From Eremomyces bilateralis CBS 781.70 (Eukaryota), in assembly GCA_010015585.1 (NCBI GenBank), contig ML975166.1: a DNA stretch of 64,000 nucleotides; one strand, 5' to 3'. Positions 1 to 13,209 of the stretch are shown here, piece after piece. The first letter of the stretch is position 1. Every line of letters starts with the position of its first letter. The notes below the pieces were generated by a model. That model saw nothing but the letters and a program-made list of their open reading frames with translations. It was not told the origin of the DNA and did no database searches. Position numbers and translations under genes: made by a program.

Positions 1-279
1 GAAATGATCCATCCAGTATCGTTCCCGTTCTCCTGACGACGGCATACGTGCACCTCATCAGTCCGATGATCCCACAAAACTCTCCGCATCGACATCCCAC
101 GGGTCCATCCCGCCCCATACATCCCCGCCGATTTAACCGTTAGCCCGCAAGAGGTACAGCATGCGCGTACGGATCTTTATATCCGGACAATAATTCCGCT
201 TCATCCCTTCATTTCTACCCTCTCGACCTTTTACCATTTCACTTCCAGCGACCATAACGGATGGCATTGCGCGTTCGCA

Positions 280-2914
280 ATGTCTTACCTCGATCCATCC
301 GTTCTGGGTCCGTCTGCGCTGCATGACGGGGCCGGTTGTGTCGCGGATAGAAATAGCCGAACCAAACGGTTGCGGAAGTCGCAAAGCCATGGATTGCTGT
401 CGCCGTTGTTACGTTTGGCCAAAGATCCGGTCGGCACCTTGGGCGAGCTGCGGGAATCGTGGACGGAGCAGGGGAAAAGTGAGATTCAAGATATCGGGGA
501 GCAGAGGCAAGTGTTGTATCTGCGTATGAAACATGTAAGCGTCCAGACCTGATGTGAGACCACAGGTGCCAATGACGTGACCAGGCCGGAACATACGACG
601 ACTGGAAAGCGGCGGCGACCGAACTCGACCATATCGAAGGCAACGATCAGTGGAAAGTACAGGACGACTCCCTCGAATACAATGTCAAACTCTTGGAAAC
701 GCGGCTGAAGGAGCTGGATGATGCGCGGCTCAACTGCGATATCAAGCGCATGCTGTTCCTGATCCGAACCTCGCTGACTCGAGATCTGGGCGGTATGGGA
801 GATGCCCAACTATATCGACATTCACATATCGGAACCAAGGCGCTCATCGAGCGATATATCGAGTCCTCCAGGCGGACGATCGAGTCGCTCTTGGAGGTCT
901 CTGCCAAACAAAAGACCGTCCAAGTTGATCCTCGGCAACTTCTCGAGCAATTGCTCGAGGCGCGCCAGGCATTTGGGAGAAGCGCTTTATTGTTGTCGGG
1001 AGGAGGGACTTTTGGGATGAGCCATATCGGCGTCGTCAAATGTCTATGGGAGCAGAAGCTCCTTCCACGGATCGTTTCCGGCTCCTCAGCTGGAAGCATC
1101 GTATGTGCCGTGCTGTGTACGAAGACCGATGCCGAAGTGCCCCAGGTCTTGAACGATTTCTGTTACGGCGATTTGAGCGTGTTCATCAACGAGGAGGAAG
1201 GTCTCCTGGAGGTGGCAGCGAGGTTTCTCAAACACGGGACCGTGTTTGATATCTCGAACCTTACCCGCGCCATGCGGAATCTCATTGGCGATATAACCTT
1301 CCAGGAGGCGTATAACCGGACCAGGAGGATATTGAACATCAACGTATCCAGTGCCAGCCTGTACGAACTTCCGCAGCTTCTAAACTACGTCACGGCTCCG
1401 AACGTTATTATCTGGTCGGCAGTGTAAGTGTTGGTCCCACTGTCCCAGACTGTGCTAATATTTGTAGCGCCGCATCTTGTTCCGTCCCACTCGTCTTCTC
1501 GGCAGCCTCTCTCCTAGCGAAGGACCCAAAGACCGGAGAGCATGTCCAATGGAACCCATCCCCGCAAAGATGGATTGATGGATCCGTAGACAGTGATCTT
1601 CCCATGACCCGTGTTGCCGAAATGTTCAATGTCAACCATTTCATCGTCTCTCAAGTCAATCCGCATGTTGTCCCTTTCCTCGACCGTGAGGCTATCGCGC
1701 CTTATCCACTCAACGGCAAAAATCCCTCCACCGGCTCTACATGGCTGCACAGCGTGGCAAACCTCGCAAAAGATGAAGCCATGCATCGCATGCACGTTCT
1801 CGCAGAAATTGGCGTCTTCCCAACCTACCTCACCAAACTCCGATCCGTCCTTGCGCAGCGCTATTCGGGCGACATCACCATCCTCCCCGAGATTTCATAC
1901 GCACAGTTCCCCCGAGTGCTGCAGAACCCCACCACCGAATTTATGCTCGATGCAACTATTAGCGGTGAGCGGGCCACCTGGCCCAAACTCAGCATGATCC
2001 AAAACCATGTCGCGATTGAGATCGCCCTGGACGATGCAGTGCAGCAGCTTCGGGCCCGCGTCGTCTTCAGCCCGAGCCAGGTCGACCTCCGGATCAACAA
2101 TCTTTCTCCGTCGATGCGTGGACGACAGTCAAAGGACCGCCCCCAGCCACGACATCGACCTACTAGCAGCCTCGACCCCCGCACGAGAAAAAGGCGCCAC
2201 CCTCCCTTCCAGACCTACACCCCGGACTCCGACGAATCCTCCAACGACTCCTCCTACGAACCGCGGGTTAGGCCCACCAACACCACCTGGTCCAAAGCTC
2301 CACTAGACACCCTAGCCGTTCCTAGCACTGACGTCCTCTCCTCGTCCGTTGACGACGATCCAAACCCGTTCTCCCCCGCAACTCTCACATCGCCATCTTC
2401 ATCTGATGGGCCGATGTCGCCCGAACCTTCACTAGTTCCAATGCAAACAATACCATGGCCGTCAACGCGCAAACTGTTTCCTCGTGCAAGTCAGTCAGCG
2501 ATACCTTTAACGCACTCCTCCAAGACCGCATATATGGAAAATCTGAGCCAAAGAGAACCCAACCAAGCAACATCGCTCTTGATCATGACTCCACGGGTGG
2601 CAAGAGAGTCTAAGGTCGGTGAGTCGACGGGGGAGAGCGAACAAGAGAGGAGGTATAAGACGCTCTTCCACCCCGAGCCTGGGCCAAAGTTGCCGAAAAC
2701 CTCGCCGATGGCCAGCAGAAATGGTGAGAAGGGTGTGTTGGAGTCGGACTTGGGGGTTGAGAGAGAAAGTGAGAACCGAAGCAAGTCCACGATCCGCCGA
2801 GGAAGTGCGCATTCAACTCGTTCCAACAGTGGAGGATTTCCCTTGGATATCTCAGGGACTAGAGGTATGGTACTCCGAAGGAAGCAAAGTCATATGCGAA
2901 TACCAGGGGAATGA
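280..2914 (+). CDS. TGL4: Patatin-domain triacylglycerol lipase (Tgl4/Tgl5 family), 3 exons
   Basis: Introns 535-584 (gtaagc..ccag) and 1424-1467 (gtaagt..gctaat..tag) join three ORFs in frame. Patatin motifs LSGGGTFG, GSSAG nucleophile and WIDGS; NHFIVSQVNPH; Ser/Pro-rich disordered C-terminus. TGL4 vs TGL5 orthology cannot be resolved. Confidence 0.9.
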
Positions 2915-4669
2915 GCGACATGTTGGGAGCAAGGATATTGTTCCCTTTTGTTCAGAATCTTTCGCTGGAAAGGGGTTGCATGTGTTAGTACGAGCATTGA
3001 TACCAGGCTTGGGAATTGGGATGGGCAATAACATTGGGATTGCATACGATGTGGGTTCATGACCCCATGGGGCTTTGGACGTTTAGACATGAAGTATGGG
3101 GATCACGACCGACATGAGGCTGTGCATTTGAATTGGAAGAGCCGTGACTCGTGAGAACCTCAGGCATGTGCATTGAACATCACATGAAATTCATGGGCAG
3201 AATAAGCATTCGCCCTCCAAGTTCAGGGTATCGATCAAGTGTATCAGATGTTCCGCTGAATTCTTAAACCCGAGGACCAAAATCCACCGCCCAGGAGTGA
3301 GAGAACTCCAGCAAAGTCATGGCTTGTGGCACTTTTATCGTTTCCAAATACATAATTCCAACATTCCCTATTCTGCAGAACTCAAAAGGACCGGATCCAA
3401 GTCGGGATTAGGGAATAATAGGGGATCGTCTGTACTGGCGTGCTGGGGGATATTTGGATCGGCAACATTCGTCGAGAACGAAATTCTCCTGTCCGGGCTC
3501 CGGCCATCTGGCAGTCCGTCCCTGGACAGATCTTCGAGATCTTCGCGATGGTGGCTCTGGGTTGGGGCGAGGCCTGGCATGTGGCACTAGGGCAGACAGA
3601 GCACCGCACTTATTACTTAGTTATGTTCCAAAGTACGGGGATGTTTCTCTTTTAGTGTCTAGACATTGACTCGACATTGCAGCTCTCGCTCTCCGCATCC
3701 CTAAGAGCAAGGGGCATCTATCAAACGGTTCATTTTTTACGGCTCAAGAGTTTCATGTTTACAGAAGCAGTCGGGAACCTGGCTTTTGCGCAGGGAATCC
3801 ATCCAATGAGCAGATGAGCAGATAGGCAGATGATGATAGCAGATGACTGACGAGCAGATGATAGACGAGCATCGTCTTTTTGACTTTCGACCATTCCGAT
3901 CCCCGCCTCGCAGGGAACAGGATGAAGTCGAATACGGTATGACGGTATCCATCAAGTCTTCCACGGACCACGGTTCCCCCCGCCGAGCTGCCAAAATTCT
4001 GCCAAATCCATCCGAGGTGAACGCAAGGGTGTAAGCCTCGATTTTACCACCCCCGAAGTCAAGCTTCTGACTTCTCCTCTTCAAGACATCAACCGTCACC
4101 ATCAGCCGTAGTACATACATAGTAAGCGTCTGGGCAACAGCCGATATTCCCGCCAGGCTTCTCCGGAATCGTTTAGATCCGAATAGCCTGGAGAGATGCC
4201 CGTCTACCATGCATTTTCCCCAGTACTAAGTAAATAGAGCCTGTCGTGACCTAATCCCAGCGACAGGCCCGCACGCGGATAGATGAGCTCTCTCCAGAAC
4301 TGCAAGAACAGGCACGTCGGGGTGGATATCTGAGATCCGGACGATCACCATGGGGTATGGTTTTCGCCCATTTTAATGTAATAACCAGCTCTCTTTCCTG
4401 TCTACTTAGATTGGGGTCGCCTTTCCTTTTTGTCCCGTACCGAGTCTGTTGCGTTCATATCCTAACCTTGGTCCTACCTGTTGGGTGCAAGGCTAGATCT
4501 CATTGACGAACCCTCACCTCCAAAGTCTCTGCATTCCTCTGTCAATCCCGTCTCATAAAACAATTCAGGTGGCAAATGTCCTCGAGTTGGTCATCTCTCA
4601 ACCCTCTACCTGGGTTCCTAGGCGCAAAGCGCGAACACGAATCTTAGACTTTGTCCTGTTCAGAACATA

Positions 4670-6175
4670 ATGCGCGACATACCGCTCGAAGTCCTATTAA
4701 CATGGCCGACTCCGAACTACGATGATCCTGTTACTCGAGGCTCGGCGCTCATAATAGTCAATTCGATATTCATTAGTCTGGTAGCTCTGGCCGTCGGACT
4801 GAGGCTCTATGCACGGTTGGCCATTAGTCGGTCGTTCGGAGCTGATGATGTCTTCATTATACTGGCTTTGGTACGAACATTAGGAATCAAAGGGGATTGA
4901 AGTTGCTGAAATGTCTCTAGATACCTACGGCTGGGCTCGCCGCAGCTGTAATGCTTGCAAACAACAAGTATGGCTGGAATCGCCATGTCTGGGATGTACC
5001 GCTTGATCTATTCGCAAGTATGCGAACCCGTCCTGTACCCGGATTTACTGATACTGATTACGATTTTCACAGGCTCTCTCAAAGTTGCTATCGCTGCCAA
5101 AGCATTATATACTGTTGCTACGACGTTTACTCGGATCTCACTTTTGAGCTTCTATTACCGGTTTGTCCGGGATACAGCAGCTCACCGTTTTCGAATGACC
5201 CTTCACGCCTCGCTCGGCTTTGTCGTTGTAATGGGCGTATCATTTGTTTGCCTTGCGGTTTTCCAGTGTAGGCAAGTCCGCCACTGTGATTCTGAGGTAC
5301 CTGGGACCGTTGACTAACTGATCGTAGCCCAATATCTGCCTATTGGACGATGCCAGCACCAGAAGGCGCTGTCTGCATAGACGACGGCCGGGCCACGCTA
5401 GCCGTCGGTGTTGTCAATTGCTTCGCTGATTTGATTGTCACGGTCTTGCCGATTCCGCTTGTCATGAAACTCAAAATGCCCTTACGGCAGCGAATTGGCG
5501 TCGTTGTGCTGCTTAGCTTGGGATTCATTGTCATTATTGCAGGATCCCTCCGCAGTTACTACATTTGGGACAGCATAATGAACAGCTACGATGAAACCTG
5601 GGTTGGTTATCCTCTTTGGCTCGCCGCGGCAGTTGAAGTTGACCTTGGAGTGGTATGTACTATTTTTGCTTCTCCTTGTCGGAGGGTCTCATCTCTCTCG
5701 CTCCCCTCTCTAACATTAGCAGATTTGCGCTTGCGCCCCTGCTCTCCGCCCACTCATCGCCTCTGCCGTTCCCCAAACCATCACTTCGCTTTCCGATCGA
5801 TTCACCGGGAAGTTTTCATCCAATTTGTCCTCAAAAGGCACCCCCTCTCCTTCGCGGGCTCTGAAGTCAGAGATCAACCATCCCAATGGCGGCGACAATA
5901 CTTGGGTGAATATCACATCTCGCGGCTCAGACGTGGAACTCATCGAGCAATCCGACTCTCGCCTCCATCGATCCTCGGAGCGAGAGGTTGGCATCCATGA
6001 GGATCTTGAGGACCTGGAGCGGGGTACGGATGAAAGTAGCGGCGAGCGAACACATTCCGAGTCGCATGGGCGTCATAATTCAAAATCGATATGGACGACG
6101 ACGCGGGTTGAGGTGACCTCCTATCGCAATGACGATGTCGTTCAAAACGAGAAGGGTCCTCCCTACTATCCTTAA
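4670..6175 (+). CDS. PTH11-like (fungal rhodopsin-domain) integral membrane protein without CFEM, 5 exons
   Basis: Introns 4871-4920, 5018-5072, 5272-5327 (GC-AG) and 5653-5722. Family motifs WPTPNYDDPVTRG, LRLYAR..FGADD, YGWNRHVWD, FQCSPISAYW, LPIPLVMKLKM, EVDLGVICACAPALRPL. Confidence 0.88.
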
Positions 6176-7233
6176 AATCCCTCCCACCCGAGATGTCATT
6201 CATTTCACTTTCTGATCTCTCGGTTTTGTATGCCTTTTTGATAGGGCTGACTTCATTGCGCTCGTGGAGGAATGTCTCTTATGGGAATTATTGGGGAGGG
6301 CATTAGAATGTGCAACATCAATACTGAGAACGGGAGCGCATGGTGGAACATCGCAATTGACTTGAAATCAACTCGATTTAGCAGGACATCATGACTCGGC
6401 TACTAATATACCACTCGGAAGGTTCAAATGCGTGCAAGTCAAAGGCAATTGGCCACAATTATGGACGGACAGGTTCACACTTGAATAGTGTACATGGCGA
6501 CGTCGTTACCTGGCGACTGGTGTTAGGGGCGGGAATTGGATTAGACTACAAGATTTAGGTGAACCAACCTCTGTATAGTTATGAGTTCGACTGCAGAAGC
6601 ATTAATTACCTAAATCTGAAGGCTCACCCCACATCAATTTACTTCGGAATCTGGAGCCCAAGACAATCCGCTTCAGTGAAGTCGGGAATATCTATCTTAA
6701 TGCTCACATCTGTACAAGAATATGCCTAAACATAAGTCATGCTAGTTGCAAAGTGAAAACCGTTGAATTGGTTAAGGAGAGAAAAGAGGAGCTATCAAGG
6801 GGCTTGAAGGCGTTTATATCTGCAAGCTTGCTACTTGTTCCCCCCTGTATTTCGGCCTTGGTCCTGTTTCCTTAACAACCTGCTGGCCCTGTCCAACAAT
6901 GCTCATGTGCTCATCAAAAAGGAACTCAATAATAAGTCCATCCGGCCAAGTAAGCGGTTTCTCTCTTGTCGCGATGTCAGTTATCTCAACATATTGTTCG
7001 TTGTCCATTCACCTCTTCATTGATCGGCGGGCTCAACTTCAGTCATTATTACAGCACCAAAATACCTATGCTCGGCGGTGTAAACATGGGAAACGGCATG
7101 AGACATATCAGATGGAGGTCACTTGAAAGAACGATAAATGAGGGTCTGTTTGCTAATATCGAACCGATATGTATCATCTCTGCCGAACGATGTTTAATAC
7201 CATACTTACTTCGTACTTTAGCATTCAAGAGCA

Positions 7234-9700
7234 TCACCGAACCGTAACAGGAGAGGGAGAGAGAAACTCCACTCGACGTCCACCGACGGAAAAATCCAAA
7301 GCATCGAAGGACTGGTTCCAGGTTGGCGGCCCTTCCTCGTGTTAGCTACATTATCCTGCACGGATAACCACTATACTGACGAATTCTCAAAGTAGTCCGC
7401 TCTCTTTCTCTTACCCTCTCCCTAGCTGCCCGCTTCGACACTTTGTATTGCCTCACGTTCAGTGCTCCAGCGGACTGGTTCGACCCTTCATATTTCTTCT
7501 GGCACAGAGCATCACTTTCCTTGGACGCGCGTTTCTTCTTCGGTTCAGTTATCATAGGCGACACCTCGTCGTCGGCATCATTGGGACTCGTTGCAGGGCC
7601 AGGTTTAAAAGCAGTTTCGCCTGCGGCCTGCCTCTTGTTCTTCGAGGCCGCTCGTTTCTTTGCCCTGGTGACCTTGTCGACGGCCGCCTTTCTCCGTGTT
7701 TCCCTTGGCGTTGCCGTCAACGATGCGACAGTCTTACTCGCCGCTGAAAACACATAAGTCGAGTCTGATTGCGGAGGTGCCGGACTGCTACGAAGCCAAT
7801 ATTTTCTGGGAGTTGAGGACGACTTCCCGCTTTGCGTTGCACTCTTCTTTGTGCCGTACCGCCGGGGCACAATACAAATAGGAGGTGGGGGCTTCTTCTT
7901 CGTAGAGCGTTCCAAAATCCGCTTCTTGGAACCCTGAGGATACATATTCGATGATTTGAGTTTCTTAACTGCTGGACCATAGCCGCCGCCTCGCATATGG
8001 AACTTCTTGACTGGAGGAGGCATCATCCCGTTAAGGTCGGTCAAAGGGCCGCTCCCTAGGTCATTAGAACACACGCGAACCCTGAGATTGGCGTCGAATT
8101 TTTTCTTCGTCTCCAGCAACTCAGCTCGTCGGTTCAGTGTGAATTGCTCCCATTGAACTTTGCTGGCAGGACGGCGCCTTGACATGACGAGATCATATTC
8201 GGCTTGAGTGAGTTCGCCGTTCCGGATTGGCTCTTCTCGCATGGCCGCAAGCTCCTCCTCCGAGGGGACGGGTGAGAGCTCACCCGCTAGTCGGTCAGGA
8301 TGGGGATAGAGGTCTCTCGGGCCCTCAACTTGCTTGCGATTCGCGGTTTCTTCCTGTCCGAACTGGGCAAGCGAAATAGTCACGTCTTCCTGTCGGCCCA
8401 TGATCCACGAGGGGATGCACACGTTGAATTCTTCTTCATTCGAGGGTGCCAGGCGCGATTTGAGATCAAACGGCGCCATGCCGGGGTCTTCTCCTTCATT
8501 GAGTGGCCCGAAGAAAACGTCGGGCCGGTACATTAGCGGGTAGTTAGATATGTATGTGTGAGGGATAAGTTCGATATTGTGATGTTTCTCGCCCCATTCG
8601 TCGTACACCGGCGTTCCGGGCATTCGGCTCTTGTTAAGACCAGTGATTTCCGCCTCTCCCCCCTTCACACTGGTTGGCCGGATTGGCATTACCCTATCGA
8701 CTGTCGCCTTTGGCTTGGTTGCCTTCGGCTGGGGTTTTTTTATTAGCGGAGACGCAGAAACAGAAGTGTTTGCCACAGGCGCGATACCTTCAAGCTCCTG
8801 TTCCATCTCTGCTCTCCACCTTGTCCGCTCCTCTGGATCATACTCGGTGCTGGCATTCAAATCTTCGATGACACTTAGAAGATTCGTGGCCACCGCCGTG
8901 CCAAGGCGGATTGCAAATTGGCCCCTCAGTTCCGGAAGTACTCCCAGAAAGTTGGCGGCAGCGCGCTGAAGGATCGCGACATCTCTCTCCTCGATTCGCA
9001 ACATGTTGATATCTTGTTCCGCGATGGTTTCGGTCAGCTCGGATATCTTCCGTTTTTGGGCCTTTACTTCGTCACTCGGCTGCGTGCCAAATAAGCGCGG
9101 ATTGAGGCCTAGAGTCTTGTATGCCTCTTGCACGTAGGCGGCTGGGTTGTCTTTTCCTCTGTTGTACTTCGACAGCGATTTCCAACCCGCGGGGAGCTCC
9201 CTCATTCGTGCTTCCTTGGATTGGTCACCAGCATTTTCCCGTCCGGCTAACCGAGTCTTTTTCGTCGGTGTGGGTTTAGTAGTGTCTTTGTCGGGGAATT
9301 TTTCCCTGATCACTTGCAGTCCACGAACTCCTGCATCGGTAATCCGGTTTCCTTCCGCGTCACCGGTGGGTCGTATGAAGCGACCAGACTGACAGTCCTG
9401 AAATATGCGGATTGTGTCTAGATCCACGCTTGGATCCTGACCAAACTCTTTCTCCCAGCGTTGGTGGAGCGTCCCAGGTATCAAAGCGTCGCAATTTTTG
9501 TCAAGCCATCCTTCTAATCCTTTCGCTTCATCCAAAGTTTGGAACACTTGATAGGCAGTAGCCTTTCGCTTGTCATCCATGGAAATTGTAACCTTCTTCT
9601 TCTCCCGGTCTTTCGTCGTTTCACTGGCTTTCCACGACCGACCACCTTTGGCACCATTGCCCGCCACCGTGGACTCCTTAGATGACGAACGAGTGAGCAT
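7234..9700 (-). CDS. Hypothetical protein, ~805 aa, Lys/Arg-rich termini, no recognisable domain
   Basis: 784-codon ORF 7346-9700 with ATG. A probable terminal intron 7332-7380 (gtcagt..gctaac..aag) gives a last exon RPPTWNQSFDALDF..VTVR* ending at TGA 7234-7236. Confidence 0.7.
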
Positions 9701-10286
9701 CGTGACGCAAAAGATGCGAAAACTAAACGGAAGTGCAAGGCCAAATCAAGGCCCACGTTCGTTGAAACGGGTTTCCCTTCCCCTTTCTTAGGATTGATTT
9801 CGAGTTGGACCCTCGGAGTGAGAAGTACGATACGAAGGGAAAGCTGGGAGAAAAGGGGTTGAAAAATTTGTTATAGAATGAACTATCGAAGAGAAGAAAA
9901 AAATTAAAAGACCAACCAGTTCAGCAAACTTACATCTCAAGTATGCGGTAGAAAGCGCCGGATTAGGGATTGCCGCGCAAATATAAAGAAAGGATTTCCG
10001 GATGCATCGTGCTGCTTACGCTAAGCTAAAGTCAAACGTCTTTCATTCACTGTGTTGCATGTGCTTCCGTAGTACTGTCGCACTCGACAGGTAGATGCTT
10101 CGTAATATTGGGGTTTGGGGTGGGAACCAATGGAGTTCAGGCGAGGAATGCATTTCTGTAACATAACAAAGGTTTTGATGGCCGAAAACGATCCACACGA
10201 GACTATCATAACAACTAGCTGGGATTCGTCCTACAATCAGCATCAACAGCCGCACTCTCCAGAACGATCAACAAAGGGTGGATAAC

Positions 10287-11532
10287 TTACAGCTCAGATT
10301 TTCCTTCCATTTCCCGCCGCCCTTTGCCGCTCCCAGCATTCTCCTCTCGGGTTACGAACCCCGTGTCAATAAAGCCTTCCAAATCCATCCATTCAGCCGC
10401 GAATGCTATGACTAACGTCGACCAATCTTCCACTGTGTCCGGGTCCAAGTGCGCCCCATCGTCCTCTATTCGGTGCCATACCGCTGGGAAAGGCGAAGGG
10501 ATCATGTGCAGTACTTCAACGCCGCGGGCCATGAACGGAATATGGTCGTCTTCAACCATAAAGGCAAGTGATCCTTGATTGTCCTGCTTGTCGCCATGGA
10601 TCAACCATCTTGGTTCGGTTACTCTTTCGGCGTCGGGAGACCGCTTAGAGATATGATTCGGTGAAGATTTAAACCGACCAGCGCTGCGCAGTCGATGTTC
10701 AAGACTGGCCATTGCCCGGTATGCCCAATGTGTAGTCGCAAAATACGAAGGGATTGTGGGATTTGCCCCTCCCAACAAATCTAGGAGCATGAATAATGTT
10801 ATCGAGGACAGCAGCGTTTTGTAGGTGGATGGCGCTGGATGCATTGTCTTCTCCCATGTCTCTGAAAGGGATCTGTAAGACAGTCAGCCACATCGTGTTC
10901 ACTGTATGCACAGCCAAAAAGCCTTCATACCTCGCTCCATATAGAGAGTCCGTATCAGTCCAGCTCGAAAATGCTTCTTCTCCATCCAAGAACAGGATCT
11001 GGATTCCCGTCTCTTCGTCGATACCGGCTGATCCATCCGCTTCCATCGCAGCCCATTTCTTCGTCAAGGCCTTGTCCAAGCTCCGCGCAGCGTGCAAGAT
11101 CATCGCACATGGTGCAGCGCTATCCGTCGCTCCGATAAATCCTGTGGGTGTCAACTTGCTATCATAATGCGCCACCAATGCCAGTCTCCCCACATCCCCT
11201 TCCCTCGCCCACGGTGGATCTCGGGTCGCGATCAGGTTCCGGAAGGGAACTTGTTTGTCGCCAGTGGCCGGAGTTGTTGATGTCGAGTTTTGCCATTCAA
11301 GTTTCCAATCTGGCAGCTGTTCACGGAAGAAACCCGCGAGATGATGCATCACCCCTTCATGCGTCGGAGTCCCAGGGACTCGAACGGTAAGGATCGGTGC
11401 GAGGAGAGCGCCATTGTGGATATCGAAATCGCTGCCCGGTCCTGGGAGGCTGTTCAATGACTTGTCGGAAAGGGGAGTATAAGCCGTGCAGCCGATCCCA
11501 AGCAGCGCAAACAGCAAGCCGCGAAGCTTCAT
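10287..11532 (-). CDS. Glutaminyl-peptide cyclotransferase-like M28 peptidase, secretory, 2 exons
   Basis: Signal peptide MKLRGLLFALLGIGCTA from ATG 11532; intron 10873-10930. Motifs VAHYDSK, GATDSAAPCA, FLDGEEAF, SLYGAR, LLDLLG, VEDDHIPF, FPAVWH; ends KSEL. Confidence 0.92.
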
Positions 11533-11969
11533 ATGGGCTGAGGTATCAGAGATGGCCCTGAATAGCGGCAGGTCGGCGATCGGAAGTCGGAGAGCGAGGA
11601 CCGACTCATTCGAGCAGCGAAGGGTTTTACTGCTCAAGGAGATTCATATATTCCCAATGGGCGACATTGACGCTGACAAGCATCAAAGTCCAGAGAAGTT
11701 CGGAGGTTATAACTGTCTCATATTAAACCATGTATCGATATGAAACATCATAAAATGCCACATGTTAGTTCAGAGCTTAAGATCACCGTCATCTAAACTT
11801 GCGCTTGGATGGTCCATTCCGTCCGCCGAGCGCCCGAGCCTTAGTGTAGATGTTGACTCCATATCTCCATCAAATCATAGTCCATACTCCCCATAAAATG
11901 TCGATGTGATTGATGTACTCGCAAGCATCATGAACCGAAGGACTCCATTGCTCTTGTGAATCGGTATAA

Positions 11970-12926
11970 ATGTATTCAAATTGGTGCAATCGCTGGCGGC
12001 TCGCGTCTCATACAAGCTCCTTTCACTCGCCTACATTACTCGCGTTTGGATCCCGACAACGAGTAACTCTCCTGTCGTCACGATATGCCCAGTGTCTGAA
12101 TAGAGGTCTCAAGTCGTCCAAGAAGGATGTCAAGCGTACGCCGGTCCCTAGAAGACGGGAGACAGCTGTTTCGAGGACACCGCCCGTGAAGGAGCCCAAA
12201 GGAGGTAATCGCCGCTCCGATATCCTAGCCCAATCCCCGTTGCTGATATATGCTTAGAGTATGGGCCGAGTATTATCGTTTATAATCAAGGCATATTCAA
12301 AATCGTGCTTATTGGGTGCATCAAAGTCGCCGCCTTAGCAAACTTTGTATACGGTTGCTTCTACAGCGCTCCACGATGCCTAGAACAGTCGGAGGATCGG
12401 TACGAGAAAGCCGTGGCAGGTATGTATATCGTTGACTTGGTCTGGTGCACTCGCCTGATACTTACCTAATATAGCAATGCTTCTTGGAATCTTTCCGTTC
12501 CTATTCCTCGCGAAGGCCAGTAGTCCTTGGGTCGCGCAAATTCGGCTTCAGTTACCGCTCGCGGCTCGACAAAACAAACGGGCGCTCGATCGGTTCTTGA
12601 CCCGGATACCAGCAGACACGACCCTCGATATCGTCACCCTTCGGATTAGTGGACTGCGCAGAACCAATGCCGTACGCTTATCCGATTTGAGGATGACCAA
12701 ACCTCAACGCTTGTCGATGGGCAACATGGAGATCATTCCGGCGGCTCGGCCGAAACCTCAAGGCATCGTTCAGACCGCGCTTCACTTGGCCCACGAACCG
12801 AGGAACCGTTTCCAGGTCGAGAATGAAACTTGGTTACGACAGCGCAGCGAACACCGTGAAGCGTGGACACACGTTCTCAAAACCATCACAGGCAACAGCA
12901 CAGCGGCTCTCAGGACATCGGGATGA
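11970..12926 (+). CDS. Hypothetical membrane protein with a basic N-terminal presequence (possibly mitochondrial), 3 exons
   Basis: Introns 12205-12257 and 12420-12474 give a continuous frame. Arg/Ser-rich N-terminus, two hydrophobic segments (KIVLIGCIKVAALANFVYGCFY; AMLLGIFPFLFLA), then SPWVAQIRLQLP. Confidence 0.7.
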
Positions 12927-13209
12927 GTCCGCGTGGATGCTGAAAATAGATCAAACAAGTCGTATAATATTGTAACGAAGACGTCAATTGTGCTGGAACA
13001 TAAAGCATTGTCCAAGAGGTTCATTACGCTTTGTTCGTTCTTTGTGTCGTGGGACCAAAATCGCCAACAATGTCTTTGTATGCGAGACTTCTCGTCACCA
13101 TATAAGAGAGACTCATGGCTCGATCAGTTTGGAAAGGGGGTAAGAGCCGACCATTTCTCACTTCCGACACCATTGAACTAAGACGGTCAGTGCATCCAAA
13201 CGTGCAATC

